A stretch of DNA of 64,000 bases from NCBI GenBank assembly GCA_043228905.1, contig JBHGNT010000017.1:10974001-11038000 (forward strand). Reading direction: 5' to 3'. The notes beneath the pieces were generated by a model that did no database searches, was not told where the DNA came from, and saw only the letters and a list, made by a program, of their open reading frames with translations. Of this stretch, positions 32,533-44,134 are shown one piece after another. Source of the DNA: Azolla caroliniana (lineage: Eukaryota > Plantae > Polypodiophyta). Each line of letters starts with the position of its first letter. The stretch's first letter is position 1. Made by a program: the position numbers and the translations under genes.

Positions 32533-35112
32533 ATGCCTCTTGCCGCATCACAGGAAACCCGTTCTTGGCTCCAACGACGAGGACTGGGTGGGTATTTACG
32601 GGTCATCGACGCACCAGCGCACCCTGACGCCCCAGCGATAGCACGCCGAATACAACCTGACACAGTATCCAACAACATGATTCGCGCGGCTCTGGACCTT
32701 GCGCGGGGTGGAGAACATGAGGTCGAAATCCCTCCCCACGCGATCATTAAGGAATATTTTGGGATGTATTCGATGTCGGGTGGGTAAAGCTTACCGCACT
32801 TATGGAGGGCCAAACAAAGCTTTCAGGGAAATCGGTCGGACCTTGATGGAATACACCTTTGTGCATACCAATCCTACGAGTATGCCACAGAACAAAGTTG
32901 TTGTCATCATCCGAGCGTATGAAGGCCACAAAAGAGGAAACAGGCCGAGGAGCCAACACCACCGGCCCCGAACACACAGGATCCGCTGCCAAAACGACGC
33001 CGCATCATTTGAGAGTCACCCACAGGAACCGAGGGCGACCATCATCAGAAATCAAAAAAAGCCAGCCCAACCTCCACGGACATGGTACCAGCGGAGTCAT
33101 GGCTCCAAGTCGGTACGATCGAGCATGGACAAACCACGCAGATATCAGAGGTGGAAGTCCTCGATTACAAAGATCTCCCCGCGGAGGCATATGAGTTCAG
33201 TGCACTACTACAACTGGGCACAACATATGAGTTAATGGATTTCCTCGAGCGCGCCTAAGTAGCTGCCGCCGCTCGTATGGCTGACGAGCACGCCGAAACA
33301 AAGATGATCCAACACGCTCTAATGGGAGAAATCGAACCTCACAAGGATCGAGCCTTACAGAAGATAGGACGGAAGTAGCAAGTACAGAATGCTTCGCTCC
33401 TCATGGAACTACTAGATTTGAACATGGCCTTAGTCGAGGCATATTGCAATCTGCACCACTACTCGGGTAGCCAAGGACATGGCGCGACGTATCAAAACGG
33501 CGCATAAGCAAGCCAAACGGGCTATCCAGCTATGGCAAGCCGCCGAGGAGAAACTGGCGGCATTCAAACAGCAACATCCAGAACAACCGCCCTTAAGCCT
33601 CCTTGCACCAAGTGACGCTGTCTCACCAGCCAGTCTTTTGAACCCAAGCCTGAGTGCTGCAGGGACCGAAGCACACAAAGACGACACCGCGCACCCCAGG
33701 GTAGCCACGGTTGATGCTAGCACAATGAAGGACTTGGTGCATACAAGTGAGCCCTCGTCATGGGCAGATATCAGCCCGCACCCCCAAACCAGCCACGCCT
33801 CCACGCAAACACCACCACCCCCGGTCATCATGGAATGATCTACATAGACAGACAAGGAACCCTCTCCCTGAATCCAGCAAGCGGCAACCCAGACAGGGCC
33901 TCCCCTTCGGGACTACTAGGAGGAGTTTAAGGCCCAGATCGCTCTGGCCGAGTTGGCAGAACAGAACCACCACAACATTCTTGCCCAACTACGGGAACAA
34001 GCCGTGAGCCACGAAGCTGACCTCAAGCGACTGCTTGCTGAATGTCGGCCGCACTTGAAGAACGAGAAAGAGAGGTGATGACTCTTCAGGTCTCTATGAC
34101 TGAGGCCAAAGAACGTTTCATCAAAGAAGCAGAGCGGAATAGCCAACGAGAACAAGAGCTCTTTGCAGACAACTAGGAATTACGACGTCATCAAAGGGCC
34201 TTACAAGACATGGCCAACGAACATATGCAGAAGTGGAGGATCTCGGAAGAGCAAAGGGCAAAAATTTCCGATGCGTATCATGAGTTGCAAACCGAACAAC
34301 ATCGGGATGCTTGGCGACAGTACATGGAAGAAACTATAGCTCAGCTCACCACATGTTATGAGCAGACAATCGCACTCATCACCAAAAAAGCAAAAGATAA
34401 TCAAGCTACTTTAGCACTCCTCATCCACAAAAGCCAAGCAGAAGCCAAGACTGCAAGGGAGGCAATGGAAGTTCATTGCGCTAGCATCGGCATGGACGAT
34501 ACTAAAATCAAGATCCTAGTCAACAAGTATCGCCAACAATTCACCACAAAGATCAACGACACACTTGACCGTGTCTGGCAGGGGTGGTCAGCCGAAGCCG
34601 CGGACCTACACATACTACGCGCGGATGCCGAGAACCGACAGAAGGAGGGCCGAGGGTTTTACAAGATGGATGACACCAGCATCCAGACCCTCCGTGAAGA
34701 CTTAACTGAGGAATATCATACCTTGGCAGCATCCCACACTGCAGCCATCGAGCAACTCTTAGAGGAATTCCAGGACGATCTAATGGTGTTTCACTTAGAA
34801 GCTGAAACGTACGAGGAGGAACGACTTGCTATCGGGATTAATAGAGCTCCCACAACCAACGAGCAAGGACTAGAGCCACTCACCACGACAGCTAGACAGG
34901 AGGAACCTACCCCTACAGACCTCGACATCCCACCCAAGCCATAGACTACAACCACGGCCCTGCCTGAATCGGTCCCAACAGAGGAGGGCGCACACGACGA
35001 CACAACCATCCCCGACTCGGCAACAAAACCTCCATCCCCAACCCTACCTTCCGAGCAGCTAGATCAACCCCATGCCCCCGAGGATATCCTCGACATATTG
35101 GAAGAGGAATAA
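32533..35112 (+). pseudogene. G2 ORF3, homolog of G1 ORF3, disrupted
   Basis: MPLAASQETRSWLQRRGLGGYL..., KEYFGMYS..GKAYRTYGG..FREIGRTLMEY, WQGWSAEAADLHILRADAENRQKEG. Confidence 0.85.
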
Positions 35113-35200
35113 ATCAAACCTATATGCCTTCGTATGAACGGGCAATTTTGTAATCTGTGTTGTTTTGCCAAATCCATGGTTACTCCTCCACATTGTGAAT

Positions 35201-35241
35201 CGTGGGTCCGACAGACAAAGTCCTGTCCCACGGGCGTGCCA
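35201..35241 (+). promoter_or_regulatory. tRNA-Arg(UCU) 3'-end-like motif (inverted PBS) at the PPT position of G2
   Basis: CGTGGGTCCGA-cagacaaagtcct-GTCCCACGGGCGTGCCA-gg-TGTT (LTR start). Confidence 0.8.
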
Positions 35242-35741
35242 GGTGTTGTCCGTAGGCCACAAATATAAATATATTATGTAAACTCGCCATTAGGTAGAAG
35301 AGTAGGTGAGGAAATAGGTAAGACTAAAAATAGTTGTGTTTTAGCCTTCATAATGAGCCGATGGCTTGGCTCTATTTGAAGGGGAAAACTATATAACCCG
35401 AGTTATGCATACCTCAAGGGGGGATTTTAGCTAGATCGTTCTTAGCGAGAGTAATATGGCAACAGCAAGTTCTGTACGAACTGTTTCCGACTAAGGCAGA
35501 GTACTATAATCACTGCGAGCTTCATCATTTAATATAAGTTTCGTTTTTATTCTTCTATCTGTGTATTGTCCCCGTACTCGTAAATCAAGCTTCATTTATG
35601 CCTGACGGGTTGTAGCCGTGTACGCTCCTCGTTCTCCTTTCTTCTCCCCGTGTAGAAGAGACTTCCACGTAACACGAGCCCTTGACACCGATAGCCTGTG
35701 GGCTCATCAAAGGTGTTTTCCTAGAAACGGTCAATAGGACT

Positions 35742-36290
35742 GTGACAATGGTAACTCTAGAAGCAAGGGCGATGACGAAGACGATTGATGTTCCAGTTGG
35801 AAGGAATTCAAACTATCATGGATACACCAACTACGAACTCGGATGGAACACGAATGACAAGGCTACGAGGAACTTAAGAAGCTAGGAATGAGATTAGAGA
35901 ATGAAGACAGAGATGAAGAATGAGACAAGATGGAATTGAACAATAATACTAGGTTGATGTATCAATGACTGGTGTTGAATCCCCTGAAAGGGACCAAGGA
36001 GGTTACAAGTATTTATACAAGTTCAGAGATTAAATATTTCTAGAATATACGCGAGAAATATCTCTAGAACATACCCAACAAATATCTCTAGAATATGCTC
36101 ATCTAGAATACACCATAGAATATTTCTAGAATATACTAAAGACTATAATATTCTGGAATGTACCGTATGCTAGAATATACACAAATACATTGCTTATATC
36201 CAAATGGTTGAGCATGATGTCTTGTTGAAGTGAGGTGGTAGGTTTAATCCTCATCAACCATGTACTTTATGTCATGATTGTGTCGTGACA
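35742..36290 (-). mobile_element. Probable older LTR (host of G2, continuous with 20603-20661) carrying TCTAGAA repeats
   Basis: The sequence ATGGTAACTCYAGAAGCAAGG occurs on both sides of G2. Minus-strand TATAAATA at ~36010 and a TGTCACGA start at 36290. Confidence 0.5.
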
Positions 36291-36307
36291 CAACCATTAA
36301 TACTTAC

Positions 36308-38315
36308 TTCTGAAACTTAGTAACCATCTCGTCTAAGTTGAATTCCTTGGCAGCAACTCGCAAAAGTACAGATATAAGTAACTTGTCGTCTTTGATGCCC
36401 TGTAACGACTGCCAAGGAAGCAACTTCATATCTTCTGGAAGCTCTTCAATGATCAAGTAACTTCTACGTTACTCTAACTTTATCTCCTCTTGGGCATCTA
36501 CCTTTGCCTTCTTTGCCCATTGACCTTTCACCTCTTTACGCTCCCACATGCTAAATATTTTATCTTGCAAATCCAACCTCCCCTGTTCTAAAGGCTAGAT
36601 GAAACCAAGAGTCATATTTCCTTAATCCTTCTGATTTCGTGCTTTCATAAACTATTATCCCCACCTCCAACAAACATTGTCGATGTAGTCCAAGATGTTG
36701 TCTAGGACCATATCTTTCCAATGCATCAATGTACTCGTGATAAAAAAATATTATTCGTTCAATACAAGACATTATTGTGGTTCCAAGCTAACAACTTGGC
36801 CTATTCATGAGTAAGAAGTGCATAAACTTTACATTCTGGGTACTTCAAGAATGGGGTCAAAGGATATTCTTTCACGAGTTGACGTTAGGCTTCAACCTAA
36901 TGAGACCCTCCAATAACTTAGTAAATATAGTCATCAGTTGAACTATACTTCAAATCCGTAGTTGTGGGGCATTGGTCAAGATCCACCACTACTATGAATG
37001 GCACCACATATGTGTGCGGATTTGAATTTCCAATGGGCTTCTTCCTGTCACCTGGTCTATTGGCGGCCTTTGAATCGAAAAGATGGGCAAATGAAAAAGC
37101 TTGCCTTTACACACAATTTCGTCTTTACAATGTTTTCTCTTATTCGATTCTAGTCCGAAGTCAATATGCTTGATGACATTTGTCCTCCATGAGGAACAAC
37201 TTTGATGTGTTCCTCCTCTTCCCTCCTCCATGAACTCTAAGACATCGAGTTCGTCGTCATCAAGTTTAGTGTTCTTTATATTTCTTATGTTCCTGTTTGG
37301 ACTTTCAAGACAGTTTTGGAGTTGCCTCTACTTATGTGATCATCATCTCCCCGGTGACATAAAGGCAGAGAACAACAATTAAGTTATTTTTGGTTTGTAT
37401 ATCTTTACGTAGAATTTTAGGGTGGCAACAATCAGCCACTGAGTTGCCTTCATCAACTCGAACATATCTATTCCCGCCCGAGCTTTCCACATACAGGAGG
37501 AGAGTGGCTGAATCACTATCTTCATCTTTGAGATTTTGCAGTTTCGCATATGTGAAAGTCTTGCTTAACTCTAACTTACCTTTCCCTTCGCTCTTTGCAA
37601 AAATGAGGAGCAGTACTCCGTCTTCCTCGATGTATACTAAGCTCCATTCTAAGTCCACATCGTTTTTCAATTTCTGTTCCATCATCTTCTCTTCAACTTG
37701 CATGTTGGTGTTACCCACCGACGACATAGACGTCCTATCACCACCGGATTCAAAGAGCGTCCTACGGGACTAGTCCAGTAAAAAGCTATCCGAGCCCATC
37801 TTGGTTGTAGAGTGGATCTTCAACTTAAATGCTGGCACTTTTTTACGTGGCTCACTAAAATGGAAAAAAACTCAGATTAGCAAAAAAAATAGCACAAAAT
37901 TAAGTAATTCGGGCCGAAAATTTTGTTTATAGCCCCTAAAACAAGAGGTTTTTTCCTTTTAAAACTAATTTAATTTTGACAAAAAATTAGTTTGCATCAG
38001 ATTTCACTACGTTTCAACCGAAATCCGATGTAGTGCATCGGATTTCCGTTGAAAGCCTTGTGCTTTCTACCGAAATCCAATGTAGTGCACCAGATTTTGG
38101 TTGAAAGCCTAGTAGGCTTTTGATGAAATCCGGTGCACTGCATCGGATTCTCATTTTATGCGGAAACCCGATGCAGTGAATCGGATTGATGTTGGTGAAC
38201 GTTTTGAAAAAAAATAAATTTAAAAGAAGATGAAAAAACATTTTTAAGGAATCTTTTGGAATCTTGGTATTTGGGCGAATAAAACATACTTGGCAATTTT
38301 CTTTCCCTTATTCAT
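36308..38315 (-). pseudogene. Spliced pseudogene encoding a ParB/Srx-like domain protein
   Basis: TATA at ~38433-38442. Exon 1 CDS 38315-38290 (MNKGKKIA), GT-AG intron 38289-37855, exon 2 37854-36308 joined in frame, next donor GTAAGT at 36307. Contains PFIVVVD...YIY*VIGGSH*VEA*RQL..EYP...CKVY.LLT.E*AKLLAWNHN..MSCIERI. Several stops and frameshifts. Confidence 0.65.
37990..38190. repeat. Array of about 4 palindromic units AAATCCGATG-N5-CATCGGATTT in intron 1 of the ParB-like gene
   Basis: Units near 38021, 38073, 38126 and 38164, plus a half site near 37993. The first two have extended TTTCAAC/GTTGAAA-like arms. Confidence 0.85.
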
Positions 38316-38793
38316 GTTGACTTGTTGGTGATGCAGTGTTTGAGAAGGCAAAAACCGAGAGTGCTTGATTGTCTGTGCTCTTGAGCTCTGTGACTTCTTA
38401 AGTGTGATAAGAACAATGAGGAGAAGACCTTTCTTTATATAGTAGATCTTTTTAAATGAATTTTTAAAAATTATAAATTTATAAACAAAGCTAAAACATT
38501 AGAACAAATATCTTAAAAAATAGAAAACCAATTGAAAAAATTAGAAGAAGATATTTAAAAATTAACAAATGTATATTATGGAGATATATATGCTTATTAC
38601 CAAATATATGGTGTATTTTCAAGAAATTCTATACTTTTCTACCCATTTGATCTCAACGAACATAAGCAAGATGTCTTCAACTTCTAGTAGAATTTCTTTA
38701 TTTTCTATAGACCATTTTACATTATCTAACAGCTCATTATTCTTAATTGATGTGTACAAAACGGCCAACGTCAAAACGTTGAACTGTGATGTT

Positions 38794-40500
38794 TGTCAAG
38801 GCCCATGCTTGACAAAAGATAAATTATTGAACAAGAGAGGAAAAGAAATAGAGAAAAATGACTATATTTTATTATAATAGGAAAATATACAAGACCAAGG
38901 ACTATAGTATTCGCCAAAGACTGGTGTTGAACCGTAATGGTTCTAAATATGTCCTATTATATATAGGAGTAGTATGTGCCCCTTGGATGTTTGTATGGTT
39001 GTGAAACCCTTTGGGATGTTGTAGGGTCATGGAACCCTTTGGATATTAATAATATTTTTATATACAATATGTATAACCTAATGGCTAAATATAAGTTCGC
39101 TTTCTTAGAAGGTTACGGGTTAGAGTCACCTTAAACCTGATGGGGTTTTATCTACTTATGACACCATCTCAAGGTTCTCAATTGGCTCCCAAGTACAATC
39201 ATTAGGTGTATAACCTAACCAATCCACGAGATAATAAAGCTTCTTACATACTCTCTTGGAGTCCAAAACAACTTTGACTTCAAATTTTGGGACATCAACA
39301 AGTTGAACTGGAGCCGGGGGTAGAACAACACGATCTGGAATGGAACTACCAATGTAAGGTTCCAACAATGAGACATGAAATACTAGGTGTAGATGCATGT
39401 GTGGAGGTAGATCAAGGCAGAATGCAACATCATTGATTTGATCAGAGATGATAAAATAAACCAAGTCATTGATTTAATCTAACTTATCACAAGGTCTAGT
39501 GGTCTTCACATATGTCGTAATAGCCATACACGATCCCTAATTCGAAACATCGTTTCCTCTGGTGAGGAGTCAAGACGATGACGATCTGCAGCCTTCTTGT
39601 GTGTGGCTTGAGTCGTATGCAAATGGTGAGAAAATGCAACATGAATTTCTTGGAGTTGGCGTAGATGACCCTGAGTAGTAGGATTTTTCAAGATTTTTGG
39701 ATGTTCAATCATTATCCAACGGGGATGATATCCTATGTTTGCAAAAAAATAGAGTACATTCTCTTGAGGAATGAACCGAATTATTGTATGAAAACTCTAC
39801 AAAGTGTAGAAAATCCACCCAATCATCCTATTGATAATTGATGAATCCCCGAAGATATTGTTCTAGTGTTTGATTTGTGCTCGGTTTGATCGTCACTTTG
39901 TGGACGATAGCTTGAAGAAAGTTTTCAAGAGACTTTGAGCATCTCAAGCAAGTGTTTCCAGAATTTTGAGACGAATTATGGGTCTTGATCACTAATTATG
40001 TCATTTGGAAGACCATGAAGCCAAAAGACTCTTTTCATAACGATGTCTGCAATTTCTTTATCGTTGATAGTTTTCGTGCATGGAAGAAAATGTGTCATCT
40101 TTGTGAATCGATCTACTACAATATCATCAAAACTCTTCGAAAGTGGAAGATGTGTAATAAAGTCGAAAGAGATGGATTTCCACAGACCAATTGGAACTAG
40201 CAATGGTTGTAATAACCCATATGGTTGATGTCGCAGAATCTTTGACCGACAACACACGTCACAAGAAGATGGGGCTATCAATAGTTTCAAAAACTAGCTC
40301 TAAAGTTTTGTGGATTCCAAAGTGCCAAGCCATTGGCTTGTCATGACAATATTGCATTACTTGGAGTTGAGACGAACCGTTCGGAACATACAAAAGAGTG
40401 TTACAAAAAACTAAACCAGTGTGCCATCGAAACTGGCTATCATATGTACAAGGATACTTGGATTTTAAAGAAGTAGCATGATCTGAAACTGGCTCAGGTC
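38794..40500 (-). mobile_element. Chromovirus (Tcn1-like) Gypsy fragment: integrase, chromodomain and probable 3' LTR (38794-39163)
   Basis: CHDKP..HFG..KT, WKSISFDFITHLP, ISDQDP, HLVFHVSLLEP, chromodomain FEVKVVLDSK..YYLVDWLGY..TWEP. Adjacent TGTCA...TGACA segment. Confidence 0.85.
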
Positions 40501-43500
40501 GAATCACGTTTTCGGCATGGCTTCCGGCTTCTGGCCAATTCCTGTCCAGCTACAATTGAATCGTGGGGGTTTCGGTTGCATCGGCTTATGTTCGGGTCAA
40601 CTTCGGCTTACTTGGTGCTTGTCGTCGGCTCCAACCTATTCAACCTTCCGGTCTCTTGTCCGGCTTGTCGAACGTTGAGTGTTCGACGAGTCGCCCACTC
40701 GTTGAACTTTGAGCATTCGGCGAGTCACTCAAACATTTGCTTTATGAACCATCCCGCGATCATTCGATGGGTTCTCTTGTTGAACGTTTGGCTTGACAAG
40801 TGCTTGAGTCGTGATGACAAGCATCGTTCGTCGAACGTTCGCTTATCAAATGTAGGCGAACGCACAACAAGCGGCCTATTTGTCAAGTGTTGGGCTATCG
40901 TTAGACGAGGTCGCTTGTTGAATGTTTGGCTTGACAAGTCCTCAAGGCGTGATGGCAAACAATGCTCCTCCTTTGCAATGTCGGCACGAACCTCTAACTG
41001 CCAACAACGCCTGTAAATGAGGACACAGGAAAACAGAAATACACACCAAGAAACAATGAGCAACTTCGTTACAAGATTCGACAACAAAATTAAATTACGA
41101 CTGCGGCAAATGCCGGATTCAACAAAGTGCAACCTTTTACAGCGATGACGAAAAGTTGAGCTCCACTAAACCAACAATTACAACAGTGAACTCCCAACTC
41201 GTTCACTGGGACGTGGGTGCTCCACGCGAACGGCAAGCACTCGGGCTTGCAACGGCTAACGTGGGAACTCACATCATCCCCCATTGCAACGTTAAACCAC
41301 GCCTTGTGACCGTAAGGCGGGTGTGGGAGAGAGGTCACGAGGGTGAGAGAGAGAGAGAGGTGGGAAAGTGAAAAAGTTAATCTGTGGAAGCTTTGAAAAA
41401 ACGGTTCAGCCGGATAGCAACAGAGAGAGTACATGTTTAATGGAAACCTTACATGACATAGATAGAGGGTGGGAGAGACGGAGAGAGAGAGAGAGCAGAA
41501 TAACATAAACTATATTTTAAAAACAATTCTCTGTATGTGCTCAGTGAGCACTTTTGATACAAGTCCACAAGGGATTGACAGAAGTATTATGTGCTTCAAT
41601 GCTCATACAAGCCACTGACAGTATCTTCGAGGACCATGACTACCTAGTAGTCTAGATGTGTAGACCTTTTAAACGGCCTACCGGTACACATGTGGGTCGG
41701 GCTCTCCGATCTGGCTCCTAGTTCAGGATACCACCCGAGTTCCGATCCAAATACGATCCGGCTCTCGCTTATCCAGCCGATTTGGATCCGGTTGGTCTTG
41801 CTCGCTCAACACTCCCCCTCAAGCTCAACTTGAGGTCAGATCGTGGTCTTAGTGTCTGGGGCAACCGGTTCTTTTTTCTGGCTCCTTCTAGCGTCCTCCC
41901 ACCTCCCTCATGCTCCTCGTCCGGTCTGGTTCCTCCTTCCGCGACCCGTTCGGTTTTGCGCCCCTTGACCTCCTTGGTCGGCTTGTCTACTCAATAGGCC
42001 CATCTAAGCTCCTTCGCTGCTGCGATTCCTGCGTCGTCTTCGCTACCCTCTAGTTCGCTTGGCCTTCAACAAATTCGGCTCTTCCAAATCAAATTGTTGA
42101 ACTGAATCGGTTGTTTCCGATTCGTTCCAGCTCTTGTTCGAGTTGGTTGTTTCCGATTCGTTCCAGCTCTTGTTCGAGTTGGTAGTTTCCAACTCGTCTT
42201 CCGTTTTCAGGCCCTTCACAACATCAGACCATGTCTGGGTCTTGGCCTTCTTCTTCTGGTCAGCTTTGTTTCTCTTGACTCTGCCGCCGTCATCACTTTC
42301 TTTGACTTGTCCAAATGTGCCAACTCCCTCGGTCGATTCAACTTCCTTTTTCTTCTTGTCTCCCCTTGTCTTGGTTCTGTCTTCCTCTCCGGCTCCTTGT
42401 CCGGTGCCATTACCTGTCTCCATTCTCAACCTCAAGTGTGGCACGTCGAGATGTTGGAGACCGAGCATCTCCAAGAAGTGCTGCAACTTGTCTGATCCGA
42501 GCGGCTTGATGAAGATGTCGGCAACTTGGCGATCCGTGTGAACATACCGAAGTTCAACTTCACCGCTTAGGACCCGCTCACGCACAAAGTGATAATGTAC
42601 TTCTATGTGCTTTTTCTAGGCATGAAATACGGGGTTCTTAGCGAGCTGTATACTGCTTACGTTGTCACAATAGATCAGGGTTCAGGTCGGTACCTCGACC
42701 TGGAGGTCTTCCAACAGCAACCGAAGCCATATAGCTTCACAGGTGGCAATGGTGGCGCCCCGATACTCAACTTCCATGGTCGATAGAATTACAGTTGGCT
42801 GCTTTTTGCTGCTCCATGCAATAGCCACACTACCAAGAGAAAACATGTATCCGGAGGTGGACCGGTGATCCAATGCATCACCAGTCTAGTCGGAATCTGT
42901 ATATCCAACTAGCTTTTTAGCCATACCATGTCAGTATAACAAATCCTTATCCTTAGACCATTGCACTTACATACCAGAGTATCATGGTCGACTGCTGCAT
43001 GAATTGGCGAATCACTCTGACCGAATAATTGATGTCGGCTTGGGTGATAGTTAAGTAGATAAGGCTTCCGATAATCTGTCGGAACCGTTTCTCATTGCAG
43101 GCCGGTCCGGAGTCAGGACATAGCTTTAGGTTCTGGTCCAAGGGTGTGGAGATCGGTCGGCAATCCGTCATGCCGAACTTGTACAACATATTCAACACAT
43201 AATGTCGCTTTGAGAGCAATATGCCATCCGGAGTATGGATCACCTCGATCCCTAGAAAATAATGAAGGTCCCCCTGGTCCTTCATTTCAAATGCATCCGA
43301 CAACTGGGACTTCACTTGGCCGATTTCATCGAGCCCGGGTCCGGTGATCACCAGATCATCGACATATAGCAGGATACATATCGGGCCATCCAGACCTTTC
43401 TGGATGAATAGTGAAGAGTCAGATTTTGTGCTCACAAAACCCATCTTACGCAACCAATGGCTTCACATCGTAAAGCGACTTCTTGAGTTGGCACACTGCC

Positions 43501-44134
43501 AACTTGTTCATCTCTGATTGAAATCCGGGGGGCTAGACCATGTAAACCTGTTCTTCAAGATCACCATGAAGAAACACATTCCTCACATCCATTTGATGAA
43601 GATGCCACCCCCTTTCCGCAACAACCACTAGCATCACATTGACCGTTGTCATCTTCGCTACTCGAGCGAAGGTTTCGTCGTAGTCGATTCCGTGGGTCTA
43701 CGCGTATCCCTTTGCCACTAACCGGGCCTTGTACCGGTTGACCAAACTGCCAACATTATACTTGACTTTGTACACCCACTAGCAACCGATCGGTTTGCAA
43801 TGTCGAGGAGGGTCAACCAGGTCCCATTTGTCATTGGCATCTAGTGTCCGCATTTCTTCCTCCATTGCGGCACGCCAATTCGCGTCGTTCGCCACTTCTG
43901 CGTAGCTCTTCGGCTCACGCACTTCCGCCACTTTCGTCATGTACTCATAGTGATGTGCCATGTACTCATTACATTTGTACCTTTTGACGGGGTTCGTTTG
44001 GCTGATTGATTGGAGTAACTTCGCGTTCGCCGATCGTAAGGCCCTCTTGTCCGACTCGGACTTCGTTCCCGAAGGTCAGTCTTCGTTCCATCCGTAGTCG
44101 GATTCACTCCGGTCTGACTCGTCTTTGTTGGTGG

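Larger units (their letters stand above)
20662..35736 (+). mobile_element. G2: full-length, older Gypsy related to G1, interrupted by C3
   Basis: LTRs 20662-21230 (with an internal ~76-bp duplication) and 35244-35736. TSD GGACT at 20657-20661 and 35737-35741. Confidence 0.95.
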
